Below, piece after piece: positions 1-8,825 of a DNA stretch of 64,000 nt. Every line of letters starts with the position of its first letter. Positions within the stretch are counted from its first letter, which is position 1. A program made the translations under genes and the position numbers. The DNA is from Deltaproteobacteria bacterium. GTDB taxonomy: Bacteria > Desulfobacterota > Syntrophia > Syntrophales > UBA8958. Under the pieces are notes generated by a model that saw only the letters and a program-made list of their open reading frames with translations, ran no database searches and was not told where the DNA came from. The stretch covers positions 6,638 through 70,637 of the forward strand of contig JAKQIZ010000078.1 of assembly GCA_029561465.1 (NCBI GenBank), written 5' to 3'.

Positions 1-1
1 G

Positions 2-874
2 GCGATCCTGCTGCAGAACGCCATCGAGGCTGTCATCATCGCCCGCCTCGCCGGAATCCCGATCCGGGCCGGATATAACACCGACGCCCGGAGCTGGCTT
101 TTGACCCATGCCGTCCGCCGGAGCCGGGCCATCCGCCGGGTCCATCAGATCTCTTACTATCTGGAGATGGTCAAGGCCCTGGGCTGCCTCGACCCCGGTG
201 ACGAATTACAGCTTGACCTCCAGGCCGAAACCGCGTCCCTGGCCGACAGCCTCCTCCCCGAACCGGCGGGGGGAAATGCCCTCTTTATCGGCATGGCCCC
301 GGGGGCCACCTACGGACCCGCCAAGCGCTGGCCGGTGGAACGCTTCACCTCCGTGGCCACGACATTGCACCGGCAATACCGGGAGGCGGTGTTTATCCTC
401 CTCGGCAGCGAACAGGATCGGGAGGTAACGGACACCATTGCGGCGGCCATGCCGGATCGGTGCATGAATCTCGCCGGCCGGACCTCGGTCCGGGAAGTCA
501 TGGCCCTCATCGCCCGCTGCCATGTCTTCCTCACCAACGATTCGGGATTGATGCACATCGCCGGTGCCCTGAACGTGCCGACAGTCGCCATATTCGGTTC
601 TACAAATCCTGCGACGACCTCTCCTCCCGGCCGCAGGAATGTCATCATTCGAAAGCCGGTGGATTGCAGCCCCTGTCTGAAAACCGTCTGTCCCACGGAT
701 TTCCGCTGCATGAATCTGATCGGCGGGGAGGAGGTAACCGCCGCGATCAACCGGATCATCACGGCTCAACATGTTTCCGGCCTCAGTGTCCCGGTGGGGG
801 AAGCCGCCGGTGCCGGGGGGAAGGACGCGTCTCTCATCGTCTTGCCGCCGGGAGAAGGAACCAGCGAAGCTTAA
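2..874 (+). CDS. ADP-heptose:LPS heptosyltransferase (GT9, WaaF-like), 5' end outside window
   Basis: Frame is open from the window edge (AILLQNAIEAVIIARLAGIPIRAGYNTDARSWLL...). GT9 C-terminal motifs FLTNDSGLMHIAGALNVPTVAIFGSTNP and CSPC are present. Confidence 0.85.
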   Translation, partial: AILLQNAIEAVIIARLAGIPIRAGYNTDARSWLLTHAVRRSRAIRRVHQISYYLEMVKALGCLDPGDELQLDLQAETASLADSLLPEPAGGNALFIGMAPGATYGPAKRWPVERFTSVATTLHRQYREAVFILLGSEQDREVTDTIAAAMPDRCMNLAGRTSVREVMALIARCHVFLTNDSGLMHIAGALNVPTVAIFGSTNPATTSPPGRRNVIIRKPVDCSPCLKTVCPTDFRCMNLIGGEEVTAAINRIITAQHVSGLSVPVGEAAGAGGKDASLIVLPPGEGTSEA

Positions 875-1034
875 TGTTCATAAAATGCCGGACCCATCCC
901 CATCTTGATCCTCCCCTTGAAGGGGAGGAAATTAATTGGTGAAGGAAGTCAAGCGCATAGGAACGCATTTTCAGATGAAATCCGAGGTGACAAGCGGCAT
1001 GAACAAGGGTCTTGATAAATCACCATAACCGGGT

Positions 1035-1616
1035 ATGCCGATGCCGAAGAAAACATCCGCCGCGGTCTTTCTGGATCGGGACGGCACGATCAATGAAGAG
1101 GTGGGCTATCTGGACCGCCTGGACAAGCTCCGCCTCCTCCCCGGAGCCGGCGAGGCCGTGCAGCTCATCAACCGCAGCGGGATGAAAGTCGTCGTCATAA
1201 CCAACCAGTCCGGCATCGGCCGGGGCTTGTTCGACGAAGTGTTCGTGGGAGCAGTGCATGCCGAGATGTCCCGGATGCTTGGAGAAGCTGGCGCGGTCAT
1301 CGACGGCTTCTATTTCTGCCCCCATCATCCGACGGAGGGCATTGGCGGATACCGCCGGTCCTGTTCCTGCCGGAAGCCGGCGCCGGGGCTGCTGCTGCGG
1401 GCCGCGTCAGAGCTGGCCATCGACCTGTCCCGTTCCTACATGATCGGCGATATGGCCAAAGACGTGGAGGCGGGACAGCGGGCGGGGGCGAAGGGCATCC
1501 TCGTCCGCACCGGCTACGGGAAAGACATGGAGGCGGGCTCTTCCGCCCCGGATCATATCGCATCGGACATTCTGGACGCCGTCCGCTGGATCCTCGGACA
1601 GGGCAAAACAAGATGA
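1035..1616 (+). CDS. gmhB: D-glycero-D-manno-heptose 1,7-bisphosphate phosphatase
   Basis: HAD motif I FLDRDGTIN, VVITNQSG, Zn-site pattern CPHHP...CSCRKP, MIGD. Length 193 aa is typical of GmhB. Confidence 0.9.
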   Translation: MPMPKKTSAAVFLDRDGTINEEVGYLDRLDKLRLLPGAGEAVQLINRSGMKVVVITNQSGIGRGLFDEVFVGAVHAEMSRMLGEAGAVIDGFYFCPHHPTEGIGGYRRSCSCRKPAPGLLLRAASELAIDLSRSYMIGDMAKDVEAGQRAGAKGILVRTGYGKDMEAGSSAPDHIASDILDAVRWILGQGKTR

Positions 1617-1785
1617 TTGTTATTTTTGTAACTACGGGCAGTTATGGTATTTGCGGAAAGAGATTTATAGGGGACTCGGAAAATACTCTCCGGGAGAAAG
1701 CGGACCAATCGGCTTCCCACCCGCGGGCATGGTGGCAAAAAAACAGCAATGGACACCCCCGCGGCAAATGTTCAGGGACAGGGCC

Positions 1786-2847
1786 ATGAACATCCTGATC
1801 GTCAAATTGAGCGCCATCGGGGATGTGGTTCACACCCTGCCTTCCCTGGCCGCCCTGCGGCGCCTCTATCCCCAGGCCCACATCACCTGGGTGATCGAAG
1901 CGGCCGCCGCAGATCTGATCACTGGACATCCCTGCCTGGACCTGGTCATCGTTTCCCATCGCAAGCGCTGGCAAAGGGAGGCGAAAAGTGGGCGTGTCAG
2001 GATAATTATGGAGGAAATAGTTTCTTTTATCAACGAGCTACGATCCAGGCCCTATGACCTGGTCATCGACTTTCACGGCCTTTTCAAGAGCGCCGTCCTG
2101 GTCGGATTGAGCGGCGGCATCCGGAAGCTGGGCTACGACAGCATGCAGGAGGGAAGCGGTCTGTTCTACAACGAGAAAATCCCGGAAGACATGAGCAAAC
2201 ACGCCGTGGATCGTTATCTGGACTTTCCGGCCTATCTGGCCGTAAAGGCAGGCAAGGCGCCGGTGGCTGGTCCGCACACCTTTCTCATCCCCTGGGATGA
2301 ACATAACGAGCAGAATGTCACCACCCTGCTGACGAAAAATCATCTTGACGAAGAGGCCGCCTTCGTGGCGATAAACCCCGTCGCCCTGTGGCCAACGAAG
2401 CTCTGGCGGGAGGATCTCTTCGCCGCCCTGGCCGACCGGATCTTGCGGGAGCTGGGAATCCCGGTGGTCTTCACCGGCAGCCGCGACGAGCAACTTTACA
2501 TTGACGCCATTGCGCAACATCTGCCGGCGGGACGTATCGTCAATCTTGCCGGTATGACGAGTCTGAAGGACCTGGCCTGCCTTTACCGCCGGGCCGCCCT
2601 AGTCGTGACCACCGATTCCGGACCGATGCATATCGCCGCCGCGGTGGGGACAGCCGTGGTCGCCCTGTTCGGCCCGACGGATCCACGGCGTACGGGCCCC
2701 TACGGTTTGCACCACACCGTCATCCGGAAGGAACTACCTTGCAGCCCCTGCTTCCGGAAAACATGTTCGACCCGGGAGTGTATGGAAGAAATAACGGTTG
2801 AAGAAGTTTGGGAAGGAGTAAAGGAAAAACTGGGGCGGGGAAAGTGA
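1786..2847 (+). CDS. LPS heptosyltransferase (GT9, WaaC-like)
   Basis: MNILIVKLSAIGDVVHTLP N-terminal GT9 signature. C-terminal TTDSGPMHIAAAVGTAVVALFGPTDP and CSPC. ATG 1786 is preferred to the ORF-track start 1651 because the homologous region begins there. Confidence 0.85.
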   Translation: MNILIVKLSAIGDVVHTLPSLAALRRLYPQAHITWVIEAAAADLITGHPCLDLVIVSHRKRWQREAKSGRVRIIMEEIVSFINELRSRPYDLVIDFHGLFKSAVLVGLSGGIRKLGYDSMQEGSGLFYNEKIPEDMSKHAVDRYLDFPAYLAVKAGKAPVAGPHTFLIPWDEHNEQNVTTLLTKNHLDEEAAFVAINPVALWPTKLWREDLFAALADRILRELGIPVVFTGSRDEQLYIDAIAQHLPAGRIVNLAGMTSLKDLACLYRRAALVVTTDSGPMHIAAAVGTAVVALFGPTDPRRTGPYGLHHTVIRKELPCSPCFRKTCSTRECMEEITVEEVWEGVKEKLGRGK

Positions 2848-2872
2848 TGTGGGACGGAAGGTTGTAACTCAT

Positions 2873-2908
2873 GGGGACCGAATAGACCGGCCCCGGAAGG
2901 TTTTTTTT
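2873..2908 (+). terminator. possible intrinsic terminator after the GT9 gene
   Basis: Imperfect GC stem (GGGGACC ... GGCCCC), then a 6-nt spacer and a T8 run at 2901..2908. The spacer between stem and T-run is atypical. Confidence 0.35.
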
Positions 2909-3007
2909 AGTAACCCCCATGCCCGTGTCGGGCACAACGAAAGACGAAAATATCCGGCCACTTGTGGATATTTTCACATAAATATACGGAAAAGGAGGAA
3001 AATTCTT

Positions 3008-3178
3008 ATGGCTATAGGTAAGGAACTGCTCGAGATTCTCGCCTGTCCCAAATGCAAGGGCGAGATCTCCCTCACGGAAGCTGGAGACGGTCTGATCTGT
3101 CAAACCTGCCGGCTTCTTTACGAAATCAGGGACGATATCCCCATCATGCTCATCGAAGAGGCAAAACCGCTTCCCTGA
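3008..3178 (+). CDS. Trm112/UPF0434-family small zinc-ribbon protein
   Basis: 56 aa, MAIGKELLEILACPKCKGEI...CQTCRLLYEIRDDIPIML. AAGGAGG Shine-Dalgarno about 9 nt upstream of the ATG. The longer ORF start at 2849 has no homology support. Confidence 0.8.
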   Translation: MAIGKELLEILACPKCKGEISLTEAGDGLICQTCRLLYEIRDDIPIMLIEEAKPLP

Positions 3179-3224
3179 TCGCCGCCTGTACCCCATACAT
3201 AAGGTGAGACAATCACACTCATGT

Positions 3225-4337
3225 TTATCGTGGCGGTAAAAACTTTTTTTTTATGGCTTCCCTTACCCTTTCGACCGGAATATTTTCGAGACAGCGGCTC
3301 CTCCCACTTCCCTCACATCCTTTCCGATGGCAGGGGGAGCAATCCATTTCCGATGTGACAACCTGGTGTTTATCACCCACGGGGGCCCAGTCCCGCCAGT
3401 CGGAAGGACCATAGATGGTGATCGTCGGCGTCCCCACGGCGGCGGCGATATGAGGGGCGGCGCTGTCCACACCTACGTGGAGGCGGCTTAAACTCAACAG
3501 GGCCGCCAGTTCCCCCAGCGTTGTCTCCCCCGCCAGATTGAACAACACTCCGGAAGTTGTCTTCACCAGTTCCTCCGCCCGGGCGCGCTCCCCCGCCGCA
3601 CCGACAAGGACGGAAATCAGTCCGTATTCCCGCCCCAGCCAGGCGGCGATTTCCGACCAGCGCTCCAGAGGCCACTCTTTATAAGCCCAGCGGGAAAAAG
3701 GGCTGATGGTGACGAATCCCCGGGGACCACCGTTTTTACCCTCGCCCTCCGCCAGTATATCCCGGGCGGCAAGGGCATCCTTCATGTGATCTACGGCCGT
3801 CGGGGAAAGAGCGAGCCGCGGCGTCGTCTCCGGGGTGGGGATGCCGAATTGCCTGACGATCCGGAGCGTTTGCTCACTGGCCCCCAGACGGACGCGGATG
3901 TTTTCATTGGTGGGATAGACCAGATGGGTAAACAAGCGGTTGCGATACCAGGGAGCGGTCGCGGCCCACAGCGACGCCCGGTACGGGGCGCCCGTCCACC
4001 GGGCCATAAAGGCCCCTCGTTCGTCGGAACGAAGATCGAAAACGAGCCCGAAGCGGACCTTGCGGATCCGGACGAGAAAAGGGATCTGCCTCATCAGGCG
4101 TTCCACAATATTTCCCGGGTATCTCTCGACCTCGAAAATCCCCGTAATGGCCGGATCGGCCTCCAAAAGAGACCCGATGCCTTTCCGGACTAAAAGAAAT
4201 ATTTCCGCCCGGGGCAGGGCGGCGCACACCGCCTGGAAGGCGGGAAGAGACCAGACGACGTCACCGATATCTCCCAACTGGATGACGAGGACATTACGGA
4301 GCTTGCCCGGAAGCGAAAAGCTTTCGCCGATGATCAT
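3225..4337 (-). CDS. glycosyltransferase family 9 (heptosyltransferase-like); last gene of the long minus-strand array
   Basis: VLVIQLGDIGDVVWSLPAF N-terminal motif. HVGVDSAAPHIAAAVGTPTITIYGPSD and CSPC near the C-terminus. ATGA overlap with the upstream gene at 4334..4337. Confidence 0.85.
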   Translation of the reverse strand: MIIGESFSLPGKLRNVLVIQLGDIGDVVWSLPAFQAVCAALPRAEIFLLVRKGIGSLLEADPAITGIFEVERYPGNIVERLMRQIPFLVRIRKVRFGLVFDLRSDERGAFMARWTGAPYRASLWAATAPWYRNRLFTHLVYPTNENIRVRLGASEQTLRIVRQFGIPTPETTPRLALSPTAVDHMKDALAARDILAEGEGKNGGPRGFVTISPFSRWAYKEWPLERWSEIAAWLGREYGLISVLVGAAGERARAEELVKTTSGVLFNLAGETTLGELAALLSLSRLHVGVDSAAPHIAAAVGTPTITIYGPSDWRDWAPVGDKHQVVTSEMDCSPCHRKGCEGSGRSRCLENIPVERVREAIKKKFLPPR

Positions 4338-6181
4338 TGCGGGGTGTACTCGGGGACGATGCCGCGGAGTTTCTCCTTGATGGCCCCGGCGTCATAGGTA
4401 TCGGCCACGGCGATCAGGGCGTCGATTTCGTCAGCGAGGAGCCGATAATCGCCCTGGTTCCCCTGGATCACCTTGATCTTTTCATGGGCGGTAGGCATTA
4501 TCCCTTCACCCACGGTGATCAGCTCCTCGAAAAGCTTCTCGCCGGGACGCAGGCCGATGTACTCGATAGGGATGTCCCGCTCCGGCTCCAAGCCGTGGAG
4601 ACGGATCACTTCCCGGGCCATAGCGGCGATCCTCACCGGTTTGCCCATATCAAGGATGAAGATCTCCCCGCCCTGTCCCATGGCCCCGGCCTGGAGAATC
4701 AACTGGGCCGCTTCGGGGATGCTCATGAAATAACGGGTCACCTCCGGGTGGGTAACCGTCACCGGCTTACCCTGACTGATCTGCTGCTGAAAAATCGGGA
4801 CGACGGAGCCGGAACTGCCCAGGACGTTGCCGAACCGTACCGAAACGAAACGGGTCGCCGAATGTCCCGTCAGCGTTGCCAAAAGCATCTCCGCCACCCG
4901 CTTTGCCGCCCCCATGACATTGGTGGGACGCACCGCCTTGTCCGTGGATACCAGGACAAAGCGTTCCGCCCCTGCCGCCATGGCCGCTGAGGCAAGATTG
5001 CGGGTGCCGGCGACGTTGTTGTAAATCGTCTCCCGGGGGTGCAGTTCCTGGAGAGGGACATGTTTGTACGCCGCCGCGTGAAAAACCACCTCGGGACGAA
5101 AGGACTCCATGGTTATCCGGACCGCCGCCGGATCGCGGATGTCCGTAAGATAGGTCTCGACGGGGATGTGGGGAAAATACTGGCGCTGCGTCATCTCGAT
5201 CTGGAAGAGGTTGAATTCGCTGAAATCCAGGAGACCGACCCCGGCCGGGTGAAACTGGCAGACCTGTCGGACCAGTTCGCTGCCGATGGATCCCCCGGCC
5301 CCGGTGATCAGGATGCGCTTACCCTCATAGGATACCCGCAGCAATTCTCTTTCGAGATGCACCTCCTCCCGGCCCAGGATATCCTCGATCCGGACCTCCC
5401 GCAGGGCCTTCACCGACACCTTACCGTCGATCAACTCGCCGATGCTGGGCATGGTCCGGAAACGCTTGCCCGTTCCTTCACAAAAGCGCACGATCCGGCG
5501 CATCTGCTCCCCCCGGGCCGAGGGAATGGCGATGAGGATCTCGTCGAAATCCTCCGGGAGGGTACCGATATCCTCCACCTTGCCTATCACCGCGACGCCA
5601 TGGATGGCCTTGCCCTGTTTGATGGGATCGTCATCGAGAAATCCCAGGGGATGCAATTTCAAACCGGGGTTTTCCAATATCTCCCGGACGGCCTTTTCCC
5701 CCGCGGCGCCGGCACCGATGATGAGGAGGCGTTTGTCTTGCTTCCCTTTTTTCGCCAAGAGCCAGAATGTACCGATATTGTTCGTCAACGCCAGCCGGAC
5801 GCCGATCCGGACGCCGCCGACAAAAAGGAGGGTCAGAAGCCAGTCGATGATGAAGGCGGCCCGGGAGTATCCCCGAAAATGATAGATGTACAGGACGGCC
5901 AAAACGAGGATCAGAGAGGAAACCACCGTGGCCTTGAGGACGTTTTTCATGTCTTCCAGGCTCGTGTAGCGCCACATCCCTCGGTAGAGGCCGAAAAGGG
6001 TGAAGCAGAGCAGCTTCATGGCCACGAGATAGGGCAGGATATGGATGATCCGCCGCCATTCGAAGTCCGGCAACTGCCCTTCGTACCGCAGGAGATAGGC
6101 ACAGATATAGGATGCCGCCACGAGGGCGGCATCGATGAGAAGCATGTAATAAAAATGCTTGTTTTGGATGAGCTTCTTCAT
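4334..6181 (-). CDS. membrane-anchored nucleotide-sugar 4,6-dehydratase (CapD/PglF/WbpM family)
   Basis: N-terminal hydrophobic helices, two Rossmann motifs (LLIIGAGAAGE and ILITGAGGSIGSEL), AAAYKHVP (YxxxK). The 615-aa architecture is typical of PglF/WbpM. Confidence 0.9.
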   Translation of the reverse strand: MKKLIQNKHFYYMLLIDAALVAASYICAYLLRYEGQLPDFEWRRIIHILPYLVAMKLLCFTLFGLYRGMWRYTSLEDMKNVLKATVVSSLILVLAVLYIYHFRGYSRAAFIIDWLLTLLFVGGVRIGVRLALTNNIGTFWLLAKKGKQDKRLLIIGAGAAGEKAVREILENPGLKLHPLGFLDDDPIKQGKAIHGVAVIGKVEDIGTLPEDFDEILIAIPSARGEQMRRIVRFCEGTGKRFRTMPSIGELIDGKVSVKALREVRIEDILGREEVHLERELLRVSYEGKRILITGAGGSIGSELVRQVCQFHPAGVGLLDFSEFNLFQIEMTQRQYFPHIPVETYLTDIRDPAAVRITMESFRPEVVFHAAAYKHVPLQELHPRETIYNNVAGTRNLASAAMAAGAERFVLVSTDKAVRPTNVMGAAKRVAEMLLATLTGHSATRFVSVRFGNVLGSSGSVVPIFQQQISQGKPVTVTHPEVTRYFMSIPEAAQLILQAGAMGQGGEIFILDMGKPVRIAAMAREVIRLHGLEPERDIPIEYIGLRPGEKLFEELITVGEGIMPTAHEKIKVIQGNQGDYRLLADEIDALIAVADTYDAGAIKEKLRGIVPEYTPQ

Positions 6182-7335
6182 TTCAAGGTCCGGAGCCGGG
6201 CCGCCGCTTCCGCGAGGACGGGGTCGTCTTTGGCGAAGCAGAAACGGGCCAGGTCCTCGCCGCCGCCTTCATGATAGAAGGCGCTGCCGGGAACGGCGGC
6301 CACGCCGGTCTCCCGCAGGAGATGCATGGCCCGTTCCTTGCTGTTTCCCCCGGGGAGCCGGGAAATATCCGCCAGGACATAGTAGGCCCCTTGCGGGACC
6401 AGGGGGGGCAGGCCGGCATCGGTCAGGGCCCGGCAGATCATATCCCGTTTATAGAGATACTGCCGGGCCAATCCTTCGTAATAATCTTCGCCCAGGGCGT
6501 TGAGACCCCGGGCCACCCCGATCTGCAGGGGCGCCGGCGCGCAGACATAAACCAGATCGTTGAAATGACCGATGGTCTGAAGCCAGCGGGCATCGCCCAG
6601 GGCATAGCCGACGCGCCAGCCGGTGATACTGAAGGTCTTCGACAGCCCGGAAATCGTGATGGTCCTTTCCCCCAGCCCCGGCAGGAGGGCCGGCGGCAGA
6701 TGGCGGCAGCCGTCGTAGAGAAAATGCTCGTAGATCTCGTCGGTAAAGACAAACAGATCGTGGTGGACGGCAAAGGCGGCGATCGTTTGCAGCTCCTCGG
6801 CGGTAAAGACCTTGCCGGAGGGGTTGGCGGGCGTATTGACGATGATGGCCCGGGTGCGGGAAGTCCATGCCCGCTCCAGGGATTCCCGCTGAAAGGACCA
6901 GTCCGGGGGGCACAGGGGGACATAGACCGGCGTCGCCCCCGTTGCCACCAGCGTGCTGATGTGATACCCGTAAAAGGGTTCGAATATGATGACCTCATCG
7001 CCGGGATTCAAAAGGGCCAGGCAGGTGCAGTACAGGGCCCCCGTCGCGCCGGCACTGACGACGATCTCCCCTTCGGGGTCCACCGCCATGCCGGTGAAAC
7101 GGCGCTGCTTGTCCGCGATGGCCTGGCGCAGCTCCACCAGGCCGTCGTACCGGGTATAGGTGTTAATCCCCTGATCCATCGCCTCCCGGGCGCCCTGGCG
7201 AACCACCGGAGGAACCTCCGTATCGCAGACCCCCTGGGAGAGGTTGATCCCGCCGACGCGATCGCATTCGATGGACATATTGCGGATCTCCGACTGGAGA
7301 ACCCAGGCGTGGCGTTCACTCAATCTTAAATTCAT
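6178..7335 (-). CDS. class I/II PLP-dependent (amino-acid type) aminotransferase
   Basis: NTPANPSGKVF and SGLSKTFSITGWRVGY (PLP-lysine motif). 385 aa. ATGA overlap with the downstream gene (6178..6181). Confidence 0.85.
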   Translation of the reverse strand: MNLRLSERHAWVLQSEIRNMSIECDRVGGINLSQGVCDTEVPPVVRQGAREAMDQGINTYTRYDGLVELRQAIADKQRRFTGMAVDPEGEIVVSAGATGALYCTCLALLNPGDEVIIFEPFYGYHISTLVATGATPVYVPLCPPDWSFQRESLERAWTSRTRAIIVNTPANPSGKVFTAEELQTIAAFAVHHDLFVFTDEIYEHFLYDGCRHLPPALLPGLGERTITISGLSKTFSITGWRVGYALGDARWLQTIGHFNDLVYVCAPAPLQIGVARGLNALGEDYYEGLARQYLYKRDMICRALTDAGLPPLVPQGAYYVLADISRLPGGNSKERAMHLLRETGVAAVPGSAFYHEGGGEDLARFCFAKDDPVLAEAAARLRTLK

Positions 7336-7356
7336 TCAACCTCGCTTATTGGCCTT

Positions 7357-8703
7357 TCAAGTCTTCCCGTAAAATGACCGGACCACCGTGATGACGTAAT
7401 CCACCTCGTCGTCGGCAATCTCCACGTTCATGGGCAGGGAGCAGACCTCCCGGCTCAAGGCCTCCGTTTCGGGAAAATCCCGATCCTCCAGCTTCAGGGC
7501 CTCGTGACGGTAATAAGGCTTGCGGAACTGGGTCAGCACCTCGACACCCCGGGACTTGAGGTACTCGGAAAAATCGTTCCCCTGCCGGGAGCGCACCGTA
7601 TAGTTCTGATAGACATGATCCCGGCGGGGATCGTCGTAATGGGGCAGGAGGAGATCGGAAAGATCGGACAGGGCGGCGCGGTACCTCGCGGCGATGGCCT
7701 GGCGCCGGATTATCCATTGGGGGAGATAGCGCAGCTTCACGTCGAGAAAGGCCGCCTGCAGGTTGTCCAGGAGGCAGGTAAAACCGTGGCCGTGGTATTC
7801 CCCGGTCTGCCGGTCTTCACCGTTGTAGCGCATCCGGGTGGCAAACAGGGCGATCTCGGGATTGTTGGTGGTGATGGCCCCGCCGTCGCCGTAACCGCCG
7901 AGGATCTTGAAGGGATAGAAACTCCAGCAGCCCGTCAGGCCCCAGGAACCCGCCCGGCCCCATCCGTCGCTGATTTTTTCCGGCGCCGGGGACACCGACC
8001 CAGTGACCGTCGCCTTCGGAGCTGCCGCACCGATCGCCACCGCACCTGTTGCTTCGCCAAAAAGGTCCCCGCTCTGTTTTGCCAATTTCTTCCTTCTCCG
8101 CCTCGCTTCGTGATGCGCCCCTGTTTCCTCCTGCCTGTCTCCTCCTGCCTGTTGTTGTCTGTGGACTGTATTCGTCCTTTCCATACCGGCCCCCAGGCTC
8201 TGGCAGGCGTCCTCGATGACCACGAGGCGGTATCGCTCCGCCAGTTCCATGACCCGCGCCATATCGGCCATGTAGCCGCTGAGATGGACGGGAATTATGG
8301 CCTTGATCCGTCCTTCGCCATCCCGGTCCGCCGTCGCCAGGAGTTCCTCCACCCGGTCGCAGTCGATGTTGAAATCCTTCCCCACATCCACCAGGACCGG
8401 CCGGGCGCCGACATTGACCACCGCCGAAGCCGTGGCCACAAAGGTATGGGCGGGAACGATCACCGCGTCGCCGGCGCCGATCCCCGCCGCCCGGAGGGAC
8501 ATGTGGAGGGCGTCATACCCGCTGTTCAGACCCACGGCGTACTTAGTCCCCACAAAGGCCGCGAGATTTTCCTCGAACCGTTTCAATTGCCCCCGGTCGA
8601 TCAGATCGCCCTTGCTCATGACTTCATAATAAGCGGCGTCCAGCTCTTCCTTGATCATCCCGTAGAGCTTCGCCGGCTCCACGAACTTCACTTGTCTATC
8701 CAT
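7357..8703 (-). CDS. DegT/DnrJ/EryC1/StrS-family sugar aminotransferase carrying a ~72-78-aa internal insertion
   Basis: Family blocks GLNSGYDALH, IIPVHLSG, VIEDACQSLGAG ... GSWGLTGCWSFYPFKILG (catalytic Lys). They are interrupted by a low-complexity stretch at aa ~173-250. Confidence 0.85.
   Translation of the reverse strand: MDRQVKFVEPAKLYGMIKEELDAAYYEVMSKGDLIDRGQLKRFEENLAAFVGTKYAVGLNSGYDALHMSLRAAGIGAGDAVIVPAHTFVATASAVVNVGARPVLVDVGKDFNIDCDRVEELLATADRDGEGRIKAIIPVHLSGYMADMARVMELAERYRLVVIEDACQSLGAGMERTNTVHRQQQAGGDRQEETGAHHEARRRRKKLAKQSGDLFGEATGAVAIGAAAPKATVTGSVSPAPEKISDGWGRAGSWGLTGCWSFYPFKILGGYGDGGAITTNNPEIALFATRMRYNGEDRQTGEYHGHGFTCLLDNLQAAFLDVKLRYLPQWIIRRQAIAARYRAALSDLSDLLLPHYDDPRRDHVYQNYTVRSRQGNDFSEYLKSRGVEVLTQFRKPYYRHEALKLEDRDFPETEALSREVCSLPMNVEIADDEVDYVITVVRSFYGKT
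8126..8152. repeat. tandem duplication TCCTCCTGCCTGT (13 nt, 14-nt period) inside the DegT insertion
   Basis: Identical 13-mers at 8126..8138 and 8140..8152, read directly from the sequence. Confidence 0.9.
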
Positions 8704-8825
8704 TCCATAACCTCATGCCTCTTGCCGTTTTTTATCGGTTGGGACCTTTACAGAATCTCCGACAAGAAGGAATAATGCAAAGATTCACAGCACTAATTGC
8801 TTCCCCGTCAGAAACGATGACGGTA

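Noticed and set aside
910-928. Hairpin CCTCCCC-TTGAA-GGGGAGG downstream of the first GT9 gene, considered as an intrinsic terminator.
   Set aside because: It has only a 7-bp stem and is followed by AAATTAATT rather than a T-run. Too weak to call.
7954-8187. Possibility that the DegT insertion is an intein or a mobile-element remnant.
   Set aside because: About 75 aa is too short for an intein. There is no Cys/Ser/Thr-His-Asn splice-junction pattern, and no terminal inverted repeats or transposase fragments. It is kept only as an unexplained in-frame insertion.
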